This document shows positions 19,530 through 30,200 of a DNA stretch of 64,000 nt, in pieces (the first letter of the stretch is position 1; every line of letters begins with the position of its first letter). The stretch spans positions 194,432-258,431 of the IMG/VR virus record IMGVR_UViG_3300044878_000087. One strand, written 5' to 3'. The position numbers and the translations under genes are program-made. The stretch is from a virus (Duplodnaviria > Heunggongvirae > Uroviricota > Caudoviricetes). The notes below the pieces were generated by a model. It saw only the letters and a list, made by a program, of their open reading frames with translations. It was not told the DNA's origin and searched no databases.

Positions 19530-20573
19530 TTATGCTGCTGCTTCGGTGGCAGGTTCAGCTGGAGTTTCTTGACGATCACGGATGAGATCCATTTGGTGAC
19601 CGTAGTGGAAGATGCTGTGCATGTTGGTGCGCAGTTGTGCACGGTTCTGACCGAGGAACAGGCCAGGATCTTGCATATGGTTGTAGATCGACAGTACGTA
19701 CGAACGGGCGATCGGCAGGTACTTCTGAACTTGTTCGGCATCGTGGTTGAACAGAGCAGGTACCAGGTTTTCAGCCAGGAACTCTTCTACTGCTTCTTCC
19801 AGTTTGAACGGCGGAGCTTCAGCTGCTGGTTCCAGAGCTTTCAGTTCTTCCGGTACAGCCATGGTTTCTGGCTCACCAGCTTCACGCTTGGCTTCTTGTT
19901 CAGCGAAGTCGATAGCTTGTTGCTTGGCAGTAGACAGTTGCGCTTCGATCTGGGCTACGATGTGGTCAGCCAGTTCTTCTGGAGACTTGGTGGCATCCAG
20001 GGTCACGGTAGTCGGGTGCTTCTGGAACATCTTGTACGCATCAGAAGTAGCTTGCAGTTCTTCTGGGGTACGGGATTCGTAAGCATCGAGGGTACGGCCA
20101 ACCAGACGGAGTTTACGAACTTCGTCATCAGCGATATCGAGCAGGAACGTTACCGGTTCAACAACACCACTCGCTACGTGCGGCATGGTATCCATGAACA
20201 GTTGGTACAGTTGTTCGTCGGACTTGATGTACGGCATCACGTTGAGTGCGAGAGTCGACATGAAGAAACGTTCGCAGATCACAACCTTACCCGAATGGAT
20301 AGCAGGCAGGATTACTTTCTCGATGTGCTCTTTGCGGTAAGCTTGATGCAGCAGGATGTGGGTTTCTTTTTCCAGCGGTTCTTCACGCTTCATCAGCAGT
20401 TGTTCACGCAGGACTTGGCCGATTGCGGTACCACCAGGTTCGAAAGTGTGAACGTGTTCGATGCCTTTGATTTCCAGTTGCTTAGCTACCAGCTTTGCAA
20501 CAGTACCTTTACCTACACCTTCGTCGCCTTCCAGGACAATGAACGGAGCAACGAATTGAACATCTTGAGTCAT
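19530..20573 (-). CDS. tmk: thymidylate kinase with C-terminal extension
   Basis: VLEGDEGVGKGT P-loop, TFEPGGT, ICERF; GAGG RBS before ATG 20573. Confidence 0.92.
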   Translation of the reverse strand: MTQDVQFVAPFIVLEGDEGVGKGTVAKLVAKQLEIKGIEHVHTFEPGGTAIGQVLREQLLMKREEPLEKETHILLHQAYRKEHIEKVILPAIHSGKVVICERFFMSTLALNVMPYIKSDEQLYQLFMDTMPHVASGVVEPVTFLLDIADDEVRKLRLVGRTLDAYESRTPEELQATSDAYKMFQKHPTTVTLDATKSPEELADHIVAQIEAQLSTAKQQAIDFAEQEAKREAGEPETMAVPEELKALEPAAEAPPFKLEEAVEEFLAENLVPALFNHDAEQVQKYLPIARSYVLSIYNHMQDPGLFLGQNRAQLRTNMHSIFHYGHQMDLIRDRQETPAEPATEAAA

Positions 20574-20610
20574 TAAGTACAGCCTCTTGTATAAAAAAGA
20601 AATGAGCAAT

Positions 20611-20626
20611 GGGTCCCGAAGGACCC
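20611..20626 (-). terminator. UUCG terminator
   Basis: GGGTCC-TTCG-GGACCC followed by a T-rich tract on minus. Confidence 0.7.
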
Positions 20627-20672
20627 ACGCTTACAGCAGTGTTCCTATTCTATTATCAGAACAGGTATTTCT

Positions 20673-21044
20673 TTATTTGGTGTGTGTAGCCCGGCGAGCT
20701 TTGGAGATCACCGCTTTGTTGTAGTCAGGGTAAACGCGCTTGATCGACTTACGCAGCAGATCGATAGTTTCAGCTTCAGGCAGACGACCGGCACCAGAAG
20801 TACCACGACGGCTACCATAGTAAATAACATCTTTACCAGTGTAGTGGGTATACAGGGATTGGGTAGGGCCCATTTCCACCCACACCGTTACCTTACCGCC
20901 GGCAGAGATCTCCACACGCATCTCACGACCATCCACAGTACGCTTACGCGATACTCGGCCAGTATTGGTGTTGCTGATCGACAGCAGGTAGATACGCAGT
21001 TTGGTCAGCAGCTTGATAACCGATGTGTTGTTACGTTCACTCAT
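20673..21044 (-). CDS. hypothetical protein
   Basis: 123-aa ORF coupled to the upstream ORF. Confidence 0.7.
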   Translation of the reverse strand: MSERNNTSVIKLLTKLRIYLLSISNTNTGRVSRKRTVDGREMRVEISAGGKVTVWVEMGPTQSLYTHYTGKDVIYYGSRRGTSGAGRLPEAETIDLLRKSIKRVYPDYNKAVISKARRATHTK

Positions 21045-21442
21045 TTTGAATCCTTACCGATTTGGCAATGTACTTTCCAAGGACGACCAGGACATGCAAG
21101 CATCACATGTCCACCCATCCAGTGTACGATTAGTTCAACAGCTCCACCACGTGGAACCTCAAATTGTGCGTTATAGACGTTTCCATAAAGCCGAGTCAAA
21201 GGGAACTGTCCTTCCAACTTAATGGTTTCGAACTCCCCCTTATTATCGGAGATAGTAACATCCCACGCGTAAAGCTTTTGTGCAACGTGTGAAACAACGA
21301 TCTTCTTAATGCCGACAGATCGTCTTAGTCGCATAGCACGCATCTGATGCGCCCGATAGTTTATCCGTTCGACAATATCAGGCACAGTCAGCAGTTGTTC
21401 ACGCCACAATTTCGCTTGTGGACTGAGGGTTTGGATTGCCAC
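21041..21442 (-). CDS. hypothetical protein
   Basis: 133-aa ORF. Confidence 0.7.
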   Translation of the reverse strand: MAIQTLSPQAKLWREQLLTVPDIVERINYRAHQMRAMRLRRSVGIKKIVVSHVAQKLYAWDVTISDNKGEFETIKLEGQFPLTRLYGNVYNAQFEVPRGGAVELIVHWMGGHVMLACPGRPWKVHCQIGKDSK

Positions 21443-21617
21443 GTTTCTTCACCTTGATCATCACGATATTGCCGCGATCGATTCGATCCCACAGACGGTC
21501 AGCTGCGAGTTGTCCACGCATAGTGAACTCACCTAGCACGCACCAGTCTTTGTCGATGAAGAATCTCGACTCGTGGATATCCTGTTCATCGATTGGTTCA
21601 ATGTCTTGCATAGTCAT
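21399..21617 (-). CDS. hypothetical protein
   Basis: 72-aa ORF with ATGA coupling to the upstream ORF. Confidence 0.6.
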   Translation of the reverse strand: MTMQDIEPIDEQDIHESRFFIDKDWCVLGEFTMRGQLAADRLWDRIDRGNIVMIKVKKRGNPNPQSTSEIVA

Positions 21618-21790
21618 GCTATTTCACGGCGCATACGCTGTGTGATCGAGAGATGTTTGATAGGGCTTTTTGGCAGGCGTTTGTTCAGCCGGTCCACAGC
21701 ACGATCAATAGCTTCTGATTGAGCAGAGACCATGATCACGCCACGTTCATCTGCCAGGAATACACACGGTGTCCAGGATTCAAAGCGCAT
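21614..21790 (-). CDS. small hypothetical protein (MRFESWTPCVF..., 58 aa)
   Basis: Hand translation; fills the gap with overlapping start and stop codons. Confidence 0.6.
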   Translation of the reverse strand: MRFESWTPCVFLADERGVIMVSAQSEAIDRAVDRLNKRLPKSPIKHLSITQRMRREIA

Positions 21791-21950
21791 CTTTCTTTTC
21801 CTTCTTCGTTACGAGGATTGAAACCAAAGTGTCAGACTTGCGGACACGTTCCCACAGGGCACGAGCTTTGACATATGCCGGAGTGTCATACATCACACTG
21901 CACAGCATCGAGTCATCGGTTACTTCATAAAGCTTTCCATCACCACCCAT
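21780..21950 (-). CDS. small hypothetical protein (MGGDGKLYEV..., 56 aa)
   Basis: Hand translation; GGAG RBS. Confidence 0.6.
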   Translation of the reverse strand: MGGDGKLYEVTDDSMLCSVMYDTPAYVKARALWERVRKSDTLVSILVTKKEKKDAL

Positions 21951-21961
21951 AAATTACTCCA

Positions 21962-22390
21962 TCAGAAATTAAGATTGTCTGTAGGTCCCCATCGAGTCAA
22001 ATGCACATGCAGTTGATTGGCCTTCCATTCTTCGATCATGCGTTGTTCATCTTCGATCTTACGGGTACGCTCATATTCACGAACCCTTATCGCAGATGGA
22101 CTGAGTTCAATCGGCCCTGTAACGCGTACACCCAGAATCCCACGTTTACGTAAGCGCGAAACAATCTTTGCTCGGCCTATCGCATCGGTCTTCGGTGGCT
22201 GTGGTCCCCAAGGATTCAGCTTGTACATCACCGGATGACACATATACCCACGGCGAAGTTCTGGATAACTATACCAGTTAAACCAGATACCGTAGCCAGG
22301 AGGCAATTGGTTTTGTTCCTGCTTCAAGATGCGCTGAATGTACATGCCCGCTTTTTCACGATCCATGCCTGCGATATCTGGTTTCTTCAC
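21962..22390 (-). CDS. hypothetical protein
   Basis: 142-aa ORF. Confidence 0.7.
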   Translation of the reverse strand: MKKPDIAGMDREKAGMYIQRILKQEQNQLPPGYGIWFNWYSYPELRRGYMCHPVMYKLNPWGPQPPKTDAIGRAKIVSRLRKRGILGVRVTGPIELSPSAIRVREYERTRKIEDEQRMIEEWKANQLHVHLTRWGPTDNLNF

Positions 22391-22399
22391 TTTGCCGCC

Positions 22400-22822
22400 T
22401 TACGAGTTGATGTTACCGAATTCGTCGCCCAGGTACGACAGCACACGTTTGATGTCTGCTGTTTTATGTTTGGTTTCGATTGCAACTACGGTGTGGTCTT
22501 TTGCTTCGCGGTTGTACAGAATGCTGACGTTGGTGGCAGAACCTTGCTGATAGTTCAGGCCGACTTCCACAGCTTCTGGGTTGGCTTTGAAATGGCTAGT
22601 CGCCAGATTACCGCCAACATACATCACGCCACCCAACAGCTCGGCATTGCCCTTTTCGATCTTCTTGTAGGTATCCGCAGATACGCCCAGTGGATCGAGG
22701 ACCAGAGCTTGCTGCAGGTCAGCAGGGATTGCATAGATGCCAGCATCGCTGATGGTGATCTTTTCAGCCAGGCCATTCTTTTCAGCGTAAGCAGCAGCAT
22801 TGATTTTCGATACGTCGGTCAT
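22400..22822 (-). CDS. hypothetical early protein, probably abundant
   Basis: First gene after the early promoter at 22857; strongly biased codons. Confidence 0.85.
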   Translation of the reverse strand: MTDVSKINAAAYAEKNGLAEKITISDAGIYAIPADLQQALVLDPLGVSADTYKKIEKGNAELLGGVMYVGGNLATSHFKANPEAVEVGLNYQQGSATNVSILYNREAKDHTVVAIETKHKTADIKRVLSYLGDEFGNINS

Positions 22823-22856
22823 TGCAGGTGTTTCCCTTGTGTGTGATTGCAGTACA

Positions 22857-22864
22857 GTGATATA
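22857..22864 (-). promoter_or_regulatory. early promoter variant (TATATCAC)
   Basis: GAAACTCAGATCTATATCAC. Confidence 0.7.
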
Positions 22865-22883
22865 GATCTGAGTTTCTTTCTAC

Positions 22884-23387
22884 TTAGTTTGTACGTGGAC
22901 GACGTACGTTCCAAGTTTCATTTGCGTGTTTCAACGGTTCTTCCAACTTAGCGAAATAGTCTTCGTTAGTTAGTTGGTTTTCATTCTGCAGGACGATGCC
23001 CGAATGAAGATTGAGGATGTCAATGCCGAAACGGAAAGCATGTAGTCCATAGTGGCAGTCGAATTCATCGAGCGTAGGTTTCCAACCAGCAGGGATAGCC
23101 AGAACCAATTGATCAAGTTCTACAGCGAACCACATCTTTCCTTCGCTACGGATACCATGACGCTTAACTTTAACAACAATGTCGCCCAGCGTGGGTTCCA
23201 ATAGTTCTTTCAGACGACTTTCAGCAGAGAAGCTGGTTAGGTGTGGAGTCAGGATTTCATGGACCGTACTCAACAACCAAAGCGCCCGGTTGATACGCAA
23301 CGGCGGGCTACCGATATTCTTGTCGATGGTTGCCTGAACTTCCAGGTTGTATTCCTGATGTGGTTTAGCCGCTACAGGGGGATTCAT
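22884..23387 (-). CDS. hypothetical protein
   Basis: 167-aa ORF with a 4-nt overlap. Confidence 0.75.
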   Translation of the reverse strand: MNPPVAAKPHQEYNLEVQATIDKNIGSPPLRINRALWLLSTVHEILTPHLTSFSAESRLKELLEPTLGDIVVKVKRHGIRSEGKMWFAVELDQLVLAIPAGWKPTLDEFDCHYGLHAFRFGIDILNLHSGIVLQNENQLTNEDYFAKLEEPLKHANETWNVRRPRTN

Positions 23388-24280
23388 ACTGCCTCCAGGC
23401 TCAGATCAACAGTGATGATGAATTTGGTAGTGTGCATGTCCGGCGTACTCCAAGAAAAGGCGTAACCAAGTTTCTTTATATGCTCGGCAACTGCGCGGCG
23501 GAAGAGTAGCTGAGTACCCTGTGGATACTTGCTGTCTTCGTATAGGAACGCAGTGGCTGGATCTTTGCCTTTGTCTTCAGCCCAGATCCAGTTATCACTG
23601 TCGTTGAGATGGTTTTCCAGCTTTACCAAAGTTAATTGCAGGAAAGCAAGATCGTCTGCACTGAGCATGTTCAACATCGTGCGAGCAGCATTCGGTTGAG
23701 CAACAGCATTACGAGAGTTACTGAAATAAGCAACACGCTCATGCTGTTGTTGTGGAGTTATCGGGAATGGGTGATTCTGGTACGGGTTCAATGGCAAACC
23801 AGGACCAGGCATGAATGGATAATCACTTGGACATTGTGGGAACACGTAATTACCGGTGTTCACGTATTGAGGGGCCATACCACCACCCATGATACCTTGA
23901 CGGACGAAACCGTTTGGTCGAGTGAACGATTGAGCTGTCAAAATGCTAGAGGCTTTATGACGATGTGGCAGGTGGATCATGTGCATCGGATCGTAATAGA
24001 GAATGTCTTCGAATGACACCATCTCGGCCAGTGAGAACAGTCGATTCACCAATGCACGATTGGTCAGATCTTCAGACCACGCAGCACCAAGAACACGCCA
24101 TGCATGCCAGATCGCTTTACCCGTAGAGTTATCGACGCAGAACATATGGAACAATGTGCACTTGCCATCGAAGTGTTGATCGTGTTTGAATGTGTAGCCT
24201 TCCAATACGAATGGCTTGCGTGCCAGGATCAGATCGAAAGCGGAGGCGATACCGTGATGATTGAACGGAGAAATTTGCAT
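23384..24280 (-). CDS. hypothetical early protein with Pro/Gln-rich linker
   Basis: 298-aa ORF after the early promoter. Confidence 0.8.
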   Translation of the reverse strand: MQISPFNHHGIASAFDLILARKPFVLEGYTFKHDQHFDGKCTLFHMFCVDNSTGKAIWHAWRVLGAAWSEDLTNRALVNRLFSLAEMVSFEDILYYDPMHMIHLPHRHKASSILTAQSFTRPNGFVRQGIMGGGMAPQYVNTGNYVFPQCPSDYPFMPGPGLPLNPYQNHPFPITPQQQHERVAYFSNSRNAVAQPNAARTMLNMLSADDLAFLQLTLVKLENHLNDSDNWIWAEDKGKDPATAFLYEDSKYPQGTQLLFRRAVAEHIKKLGYAFSWSTPDMHTTKFIITVDLSLEAV

Positions 24281-24314
24281 CTGTATTTGACCATGCTAGT
24301 TAAAATTCAAAGTA

Positions 24315-24322
24315 GTAATATA
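24315..24322 (-). promoter_or_regulatory. early promoter (TATATTAC)
   Basis: AAAAACTTTCAGATCTATATTAC. Confidence 0.8.
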
Positions 24323-24350
24323 GATCTGAAAGTTTTTGGAAACGACATAA

Positions 24351-24370
24351 AGCCAACCCGTAGGCTGGCT
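24351..24370 (-). terminator. terminator with cUACGg loop
   Basis: AGCCAGCC-TACG-GGTTGGCT (G-U pair valid on minus) then TTATGTCGTTT. Confidence 0.8.
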
Positions 24371-24644
24371 AGTGTCCGTATGTACCTTGCAGTGACATCC
24401 ATCGTCCGTTAGTCCAAGTCCAGTAAACATCACGGACTTGGTACCCTTCACCCTCTTCAGGATTCTTCGGTAGATTAGCAGTAGAGATCAATGTATGCAT
24501 TCCACCCTTAGCTACCGGAGCATCATCGATATGGATCTTAGCACCTTGTGGATCTAATGGCTTCTTTACGAGTTGCTGTATTTCTTCTTCAACATAATGG
24601 ACTTGTTCATTTGATGCAAGCCATCGTGATAGTGATCGATTCAT
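24369..24644 (-). CDS. hypothetical protein
   Basis: 91-aa ORF with AAGGAG RBS. Confidence 0.75.
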   Translation of the reverse strand: MNRSLSRWLASNEQVHYVEEEIQQLVKKPLDPQGAKIHIDDAPVAKGGMHTLISTANLPKNPEEGEGYQVRDVYWTWTNGRWMSLQGTYGH

Positions 24645-24669
24645 GGTTATCTCCTTAACACATCATAAA

Positions 24670-24689
24670 GGCTATCCCGAAGGATAGCC
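24670..24689 (-). terminator. UUCG terminator
   Basis: GGCTATCC-TTCG-GGATAGCC then TTTATG. Confidence 0.85.
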
Positions 24690-24696
24690 GATATGT

Positions 24697-25104
24697 TTAG
24701 TCTTTCGCCAACTGGACAGCCAGTTCGATAACCAGTTGCTGTTGCGACTTGGTCAGGGTAGGAACGAATTCCTTGATGACTTTGAGGACAGCAGCTTTCT
24801 TCTTCATGAAGCCTTCACCCGAAGCTTCTGCATCGCGAGCAGCATTGGTGATGAGCAGAGCATGATCACCAACGATACCTTTCAGCAGAGCCGAGGTAAC
24901 TTGGTTAGCACCAGCTTGAGCACGGGAATTCAGAGTGTACTGGAAGAACTTCTCCAGACGGCTACGTGGAACGAAGGTATCGACTTCAGCACGGTCTTGT
25001 TCGGCAGCAACAGTAGCGCGAGTCAGTTGAACGACTTCGCCTTTGATAACAGCCAGAGCGTCAGCGCCGAGAAGTTTGAGACCGAGAGTTTGCAGGAAGG
25101 ACAT
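24697..25104 (-). CDS. hypothetical protein; C-terminus resembles LL-H-type holin domain
   Basis: GGAG RBS; AARDAEASGEGFMKKKAAVL...VIELAVQLAK. Confidence 0.75.
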   Translation of the reverse strand: MSFLQTLGLKLLGADALAVIKGEVVQLTRATVAAEQDRAEVDTFVPRSRLEKFFQYTLNSRAQAGANQVTSALLKGIVGDHALLITNAARDAEASGEGFMKKKAAVLKVIKEFVPTLTKSQQQLVIELAVQLAKD

Positions 25105-25177
25105 TGAGATACTCCAATTGGATTTTAGAATGACACGGCCGTGTCTACATTACATCACGGCCATGAGTATTCTTTTC

Positions 25178-27175
25178 CTAGAATCGATCAGTCGATTGTG
25201 CAAACGCAGCGATCGTACGAGCTACGTCACCGTCCAATACCCACGACATGAAGTTAGAAGGACTACGCCAAGATTGGAATGCTTGTACTTGCTTAGCGAT
25301 GTTCAGGTTCAAACGTTTGCCAGCGTAATAGAAGTCAGACCAAGCTTGAGATGTCAGAGTTGCAGTGTAATCGTTAAACAGCGATTGTTCGTCCCACACA
25401 GCTCCGTTAGTTAGAGCAGTCGTTACGTTAAGCGTTGTTTCACCAACCATCTCCGCAGCTGTAGCTGCTGCACCACGAACAGCTGTACCCAGCCACGATG
25501 CAGAAGCGAAGCCCGCTTTCAGTGGAATGTGCATGATCTTCGAGAGATCCTTAACCGAGATAGTAACTTCACAGTTAAGCATTTCGTTATCAGCGTTCCA
25601 ACCTACGTGACCAGTACCACGACGAATTGTTAATGAGTCAACAATCGCCAATTGCTTTTGGTTACGACCTTGGTGGAATAGCTGGCAAATAAATGGTGCA
25701 GTATAAGCAGCACGACCAGCCGAACGTGGCAGAGCCATTGGGAGAATCATGGCCAGTGGTAAATAGATGTTCAAGAACCTCGACATCTTGTTACCGTGAG
25801 CACACACCAATGGGATCGTGTAAGAAGCGGTTGGTAGGGACGCCATTGAAGACTCCCAGTATTCCGGTACGTCCACGAAAGCAGAACCAGCTAGGGTTGC
25901 TAGACCTGACATGTTCACCATGTCTAATGCGCCACCTACGAAGCCTGACACTGCTTGGAATGCACCACCGATGAGGTCAGTTACGTTACCCTGCATGAAG
26001 TTGAACTGTGCGGCTCGACCTTCTGTTACTTTCGTGTTCAGTGTTTGTGCAACACCTACTGACGTCGTAGAAGAAGTAAATGATTCTGATTGCTCACCGT
26101 TAAAGTCAGCACGTAGTGTAACGAACTGCATGCCATCTCGTTGTGCACCAGTGATGAAGTTCATTACCTTCGACAGATCCCCCCACTCGTTAAACTTCTC
26201 AGAGTCGATTACCGCAGAGTCACCTACCGGATCATTCTCCAGATACTTGATGAAATAATCACGAGCTGATGCGTTTGGATTCGGGTCTTTCTGATACTTG
26301 CTCATCTCTGCTGTAATACCAGCACGGAGCTCATCAATGTTGCGTGCCTTCTCAGACATTGCATCCCAAGCTTTCTTAGCTTCGTCAGCTTTACGTTGAG
26401 CACGGCCTGCTAGAGCCATTACATCGATACCGCCTTTCGGTGTGAACAACCCAGGCATCATGGTGTGGAATCGAGCCATGTCTGCTTCGGTAACAGTTTG
26501 ACCAGGATCAGCCATTGGACCTTGAGAATCAGGGTCTGTATATAGACGAGGTTGCAAGCCCATGTTAATAGCGAATTCGTTAGCCAGTGTGTTTACTGCT
26601 GACCAATAAGCATGCATCGTAGGTTTGAAATAGAACCACTTAGATGGTGACGATTTCGAAAGGAACGACAACACACGGGATACTGCAGTGATACCGATGA
26701 TGAATGGTTGTACTGGGAGCGTCACAATAAAGGACAGCGTGTTACCCAAGTTGTACCAGATATCGGTAGTCTTACCCGAGTTAGCAAACATAGCTGCTGA
26801 TCGGTCATAGAAGTTCGTGAAGAAGCTAGCCCAGCTAGAGAACCGGGGAACACCGAATGACATGTGCAGCTTTTGTGACAAGTCATCGTGTGCTTCTGAA
26901 TAGTAGCGACCCATACCAAGCTTTTTATTCTTGGTTTGACGACCACGACCAGGCTGACGAATATCAGCATGCCGGGTATACTGTGGTAGGTTGTTAATGG
27001 TGAAGTTGCCACCGGGTGTAGTGTTTGTAAATTTGAAGGCTGCGGAGTTCGCAAAGCGGCGACGAGTTTCCGAACCAAACGACACTTGGTTTTGTGACGT
27101 AGGTACTAGGAAGGCTTGTCGTAACCAAATTGGTGTATCGACTGTTGGAGTTGCCATGTTGGGACCTTTAGACAA
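25178..27175 (-). CDS. tail/baseplate structural protein (phiKZ gp182-like)
   Basis: 665 aa, directly downstream of the tape measure gene; synteny recalled from phiKZ. Confidence 0.75.
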   Translation of the reverse strand: MSKGPNMATPTVDTPIWLRQAFLVPTSQNQVSFGSETRRRFANSAAFKFTNTTPGGNFTINNLPQYTRHADIRQPGRGRQTKNKKLGMGRYYSEAHDDLSQKLHMSFGVPRFSSWASFFTNFYDRSAAMFANSGKTTDIWYNLGNTLSFIVTLPVQPFIIGITAVSRVLSFLSKSSPSKWFYFKPTMHAYWSAVNTLANEFAINMGLQPRLYTDPDSQGPMADPGQTVTEADMARFHTMMPGLFTPKGGIDVMALAGRAQRKADEAKKAWDAMSEKARNIDELRAGITAEMSKYQKDPNPNASARDYFIKYLENDPVGDSAVIDSEKFNEWGDLSKVMNFITGAQRDGMQFVTLRADFNGEQSESFTSSTTSVGVAQTLNTKVTEGRAAQFNFMQGNVTDLIGGAFQAVSGFVGGALDMVNMSGLATLAGSAFVDVPEYWESSMASLPTASYTIPLVCAHGNKMSRFLNIYLPLAMILPMALPRSAGRAAYTAPFICQLFHQGRNQKQLAIVDSLTIRRGTGHVGWNADNEMLNCEVTISVKDLSKIMHIPLKAGFASASWLGTAVRGAAATAAEMVGETTLNVTTALTNGAVWDEQSLFNDYTATLTSQAWSDFYYAGKRLNLNIAKQVQAFQSWRSPSNFMSWVLDGDVARTIAAFAQSTDRF

Positions 27176-27181
27176 AATAAA

Positions 27182-27199
27182 GCCTACCCGAAGGTAGGC
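27182..27199 (-). terminator. UUCG terminator
   Basis: GCCTACC-TTCG-GGTAGGC then TTTATTTT. Confidence 0.85.
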
Positions 27200-27207
27200 C
27201 CTAGATT

Positions 27208-30200
27208 TTAGACTGGAACAGGGAACGCAGCTTTGTTAGCTGAGCGTGACTGTTGCTGCTGGGGCATACTATTGCCCTTGCCGCCAGACCCCTGTTGCGA
27301 TACCAACTGCTTCAACGCTTCCAACATTGCTTTCTGAGTCTCAAGTTGTTCTTGATGTACACTCATAATAGCGGTGTCATTTTTAGTTGACTGTTGTACT
27401 TGCTGTGCACGTTGCTGGTCTTTCGCCAACGATGCATTTTGTGCAGCTTGGGTAGTTGGGTTATCTACCGAAGGTTGTGCCTCTGCGGATGGAGCTGCAG
27501 ACGACGGAGCCATCACACCTACTGGAGCAGTAGATGAACCTGCAGGTGCTTGTGTTGCTGCACCTGTAGACGGAGCCATTGAAGGACCACCCGTACCAGT
27601 GTTGGTCGGAGTAGAACCCGTAGCCGATGGACCACCTGGCATTGCCGATACACCAGGAATGAACTTCCCTTCTTCGGCAGCTACACTCTCTGCTTCCTTC
27701 GCTTTGGCTTCAGCTGCTTGTTTCTCAACATCCTCTACCTTCAGAGGAACAGCTGCACCACCCGCTGTACCGGCAGTTGCGATAGCACGGAACTTGTTCA
27801 TCCGATCATCGAAAGATTTCTCAATCTGACCGAGTGTACGTAATTGACCCCCCTTCTCCTTAAAGATCGACGGGTTAGCTGCAGCCTCTTTAGGGAAGGC
27901 ATTAGCACCAATCGTGTTCTTAGGTAGTTTCAACCACTTAACCGCAGTACCAGGGCCCAAGAAGTGAGCTAGGTACAAATCGATATCGGTAGGATCTTTA
28001 CCCGTACCTTTCTTAATCACGTCCATCGAATACTTGAGGTACTCGGCACCCATCAGTGCGTTGATACGTGGATCAAGACGGAGACGACGACCGAGGTCTG
28101 GTGGTAGTCCGTACTTCTGCGAATGCTGTTGCAGCATCCAATCCCAAGTTGAGTTGATGAACTGGAACCAACCAGTAGCAGAGCCACCAGCGCCAGCCTT
28201 GACCGTCCAGTCGAAGTTAGACTCCAACGCACAGAACAGCATCAAGTATTCAACTGGAACACCAACCATCGAAGCAACAACTTCCATGGTCTTCCGAGAA
28301 CCTTTAGCATCTTTCGATGTTGGCATCGGAACTTGTTCCCACGAACCACCGTTACCGGAAGACGTGTAACCATAGGACTGACCTGTAACAGCTTCCGAAG
28401 CAGCACCGTAAGCTTGAACACCCACAGCGGCAACTTCACGGGCAGCGGACTTACCCCAACCTACGACAGTCGAAGCAGCACTACCCAACGCATTACCCAC
28501 AGATGATGCAGCACTGCTCACAGCCTCTGTAGCAGCGTTGAAGGCACTTGATACCTTATCCGCTACACTGCTTAGGAAAGACTTACCACCATCAGCAGCT
28601 GCCGCACCAGCGGCTTGAGCACCAGCAGATTGCGTAGGTGATGCCACAACAGCATCAGCCTGTAGCTTGAGGAACTCCATGTCCATATCAGCAAGTTTCT
28701 TCAGATCAGGCAACGCACCTTTAACATCAAAGATTGTCGAGCCAGACCAAATAGACTTACCGTCAGGAGCAACAGCACCGAGTACGGCATTAGCCACACG
28801 GACTTGGTCACCAAACTTCATTGCTGTAGCAGCAACGGCAGGCTTACCTTTGAAGGTTTGCCGAGCTTGGGTCAAGAACGTTTCAGCAACAGGGAAGAAT
28901 CGACTAGTCAGCCAGTTCACAAACTTAACACGATCGGGACCATGTTCAGCTGTGTTCATACCGAATAGACCACCGGCTGCTGCAATGAACTTCTCTAGGT
29001 CACCATTGAATTTGATTTGACCAGCGGTATCCGTTTTGGATTGGAGATCCAGACGGGTTTCCATAGCCATCAATGCTTCCATCGAGTTCTTGTCAAGTGC
29101 TTCCATACCGTACGCACGTGCACGGATTGCATCGAGCGCAGCTAGTTTCTGAGTCGCCATTGGAATAGGCATGATGTTGTTAGCAACGTTAGCTGCAACT
29201 ACAGCGGCACCTGCACCCTTAGCGATATCTTGAACCTTCTCCTGTACAGTCTTAGCAGCCTTCTCTTTATCGTCGTTTGCCTTCTTACCGGCATCCTTCG
29301 CATCATCGATAGCTTTCTTAGCTGCAGCAGCAGCGGTAGCGCCTACGAGAGCACCAGCCTCTTTGTTCTCCTTAGCTTCAGTAGTAGCATCTTTAGGTTT
29401 AGCACCTGGTAGTGCAGCCTTCTCCTTCTCAGGATCGATTTTGTACTTCTCAGCCAAAGCCTTCAGACGCTCTTTGGTTTCTTCTACGGTGTCATCCAAC
29501 GGATCAGTATCACCGAATGGGTTATCACGGCAGGAGAATGGAGAACCATCGCCATAGTCCATGGAGATCTCTTTCACAAGAGTTCCTTTCAATGGGTCAT
29601 CGACTTTCTCTTCGATATCGGTTAACGACATCTGAGTTTTGCCGACGGTATCCAAAGCTTTCAACCACTGACAGAATACAGGTTTGAAACGGACATCCAT
29701 CCAACGAGCGAAACGATGAATGGCAGCTTCATCATCTTTATCAAAGCCCATGATATCCATGATAGCTTTACCACCCGCAGCACTTACGTTCATCTGAGGG
29801 GATTGACCACGCATAGCGGTTTTCTCCATCAGCTGTTCCAAGTTCAGGATCTTGTGACGTTGACGAGTAGACGTGATACCGTACTGTAGCATACGTACCG
29901 ACATGAACTCACCTTTAACACCAGCGAAGTATTTGTAGGTAAAGTAACCAGCAATACCAACACCTGCAACCACAGCAGCACCGATCAACACAGGAGCCGA
30001 TACGAGGGATGCCAAAGCACTACCCACCATCATTGCACCACGCAGTGCCATTTGGCCACCAGCAGAAGCTAGCATCCGACCACCTGTAGAAGCAGCAGCT
30101 TGACCAAGACGAGAAGCAGCAATGCGACTACCCATTTTGCCAAGACGGCTACCGGCGATCTTCTTGCCCCAACGACCCATACGTCCAGCTTTACCTTTGC

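Noticed and set aside
19326-20576. 416-aa plus-strand ORF
   Set aside because: Antisense shadow of tmk and its neighbour; no RBS or motifs; explained by biased codon usage
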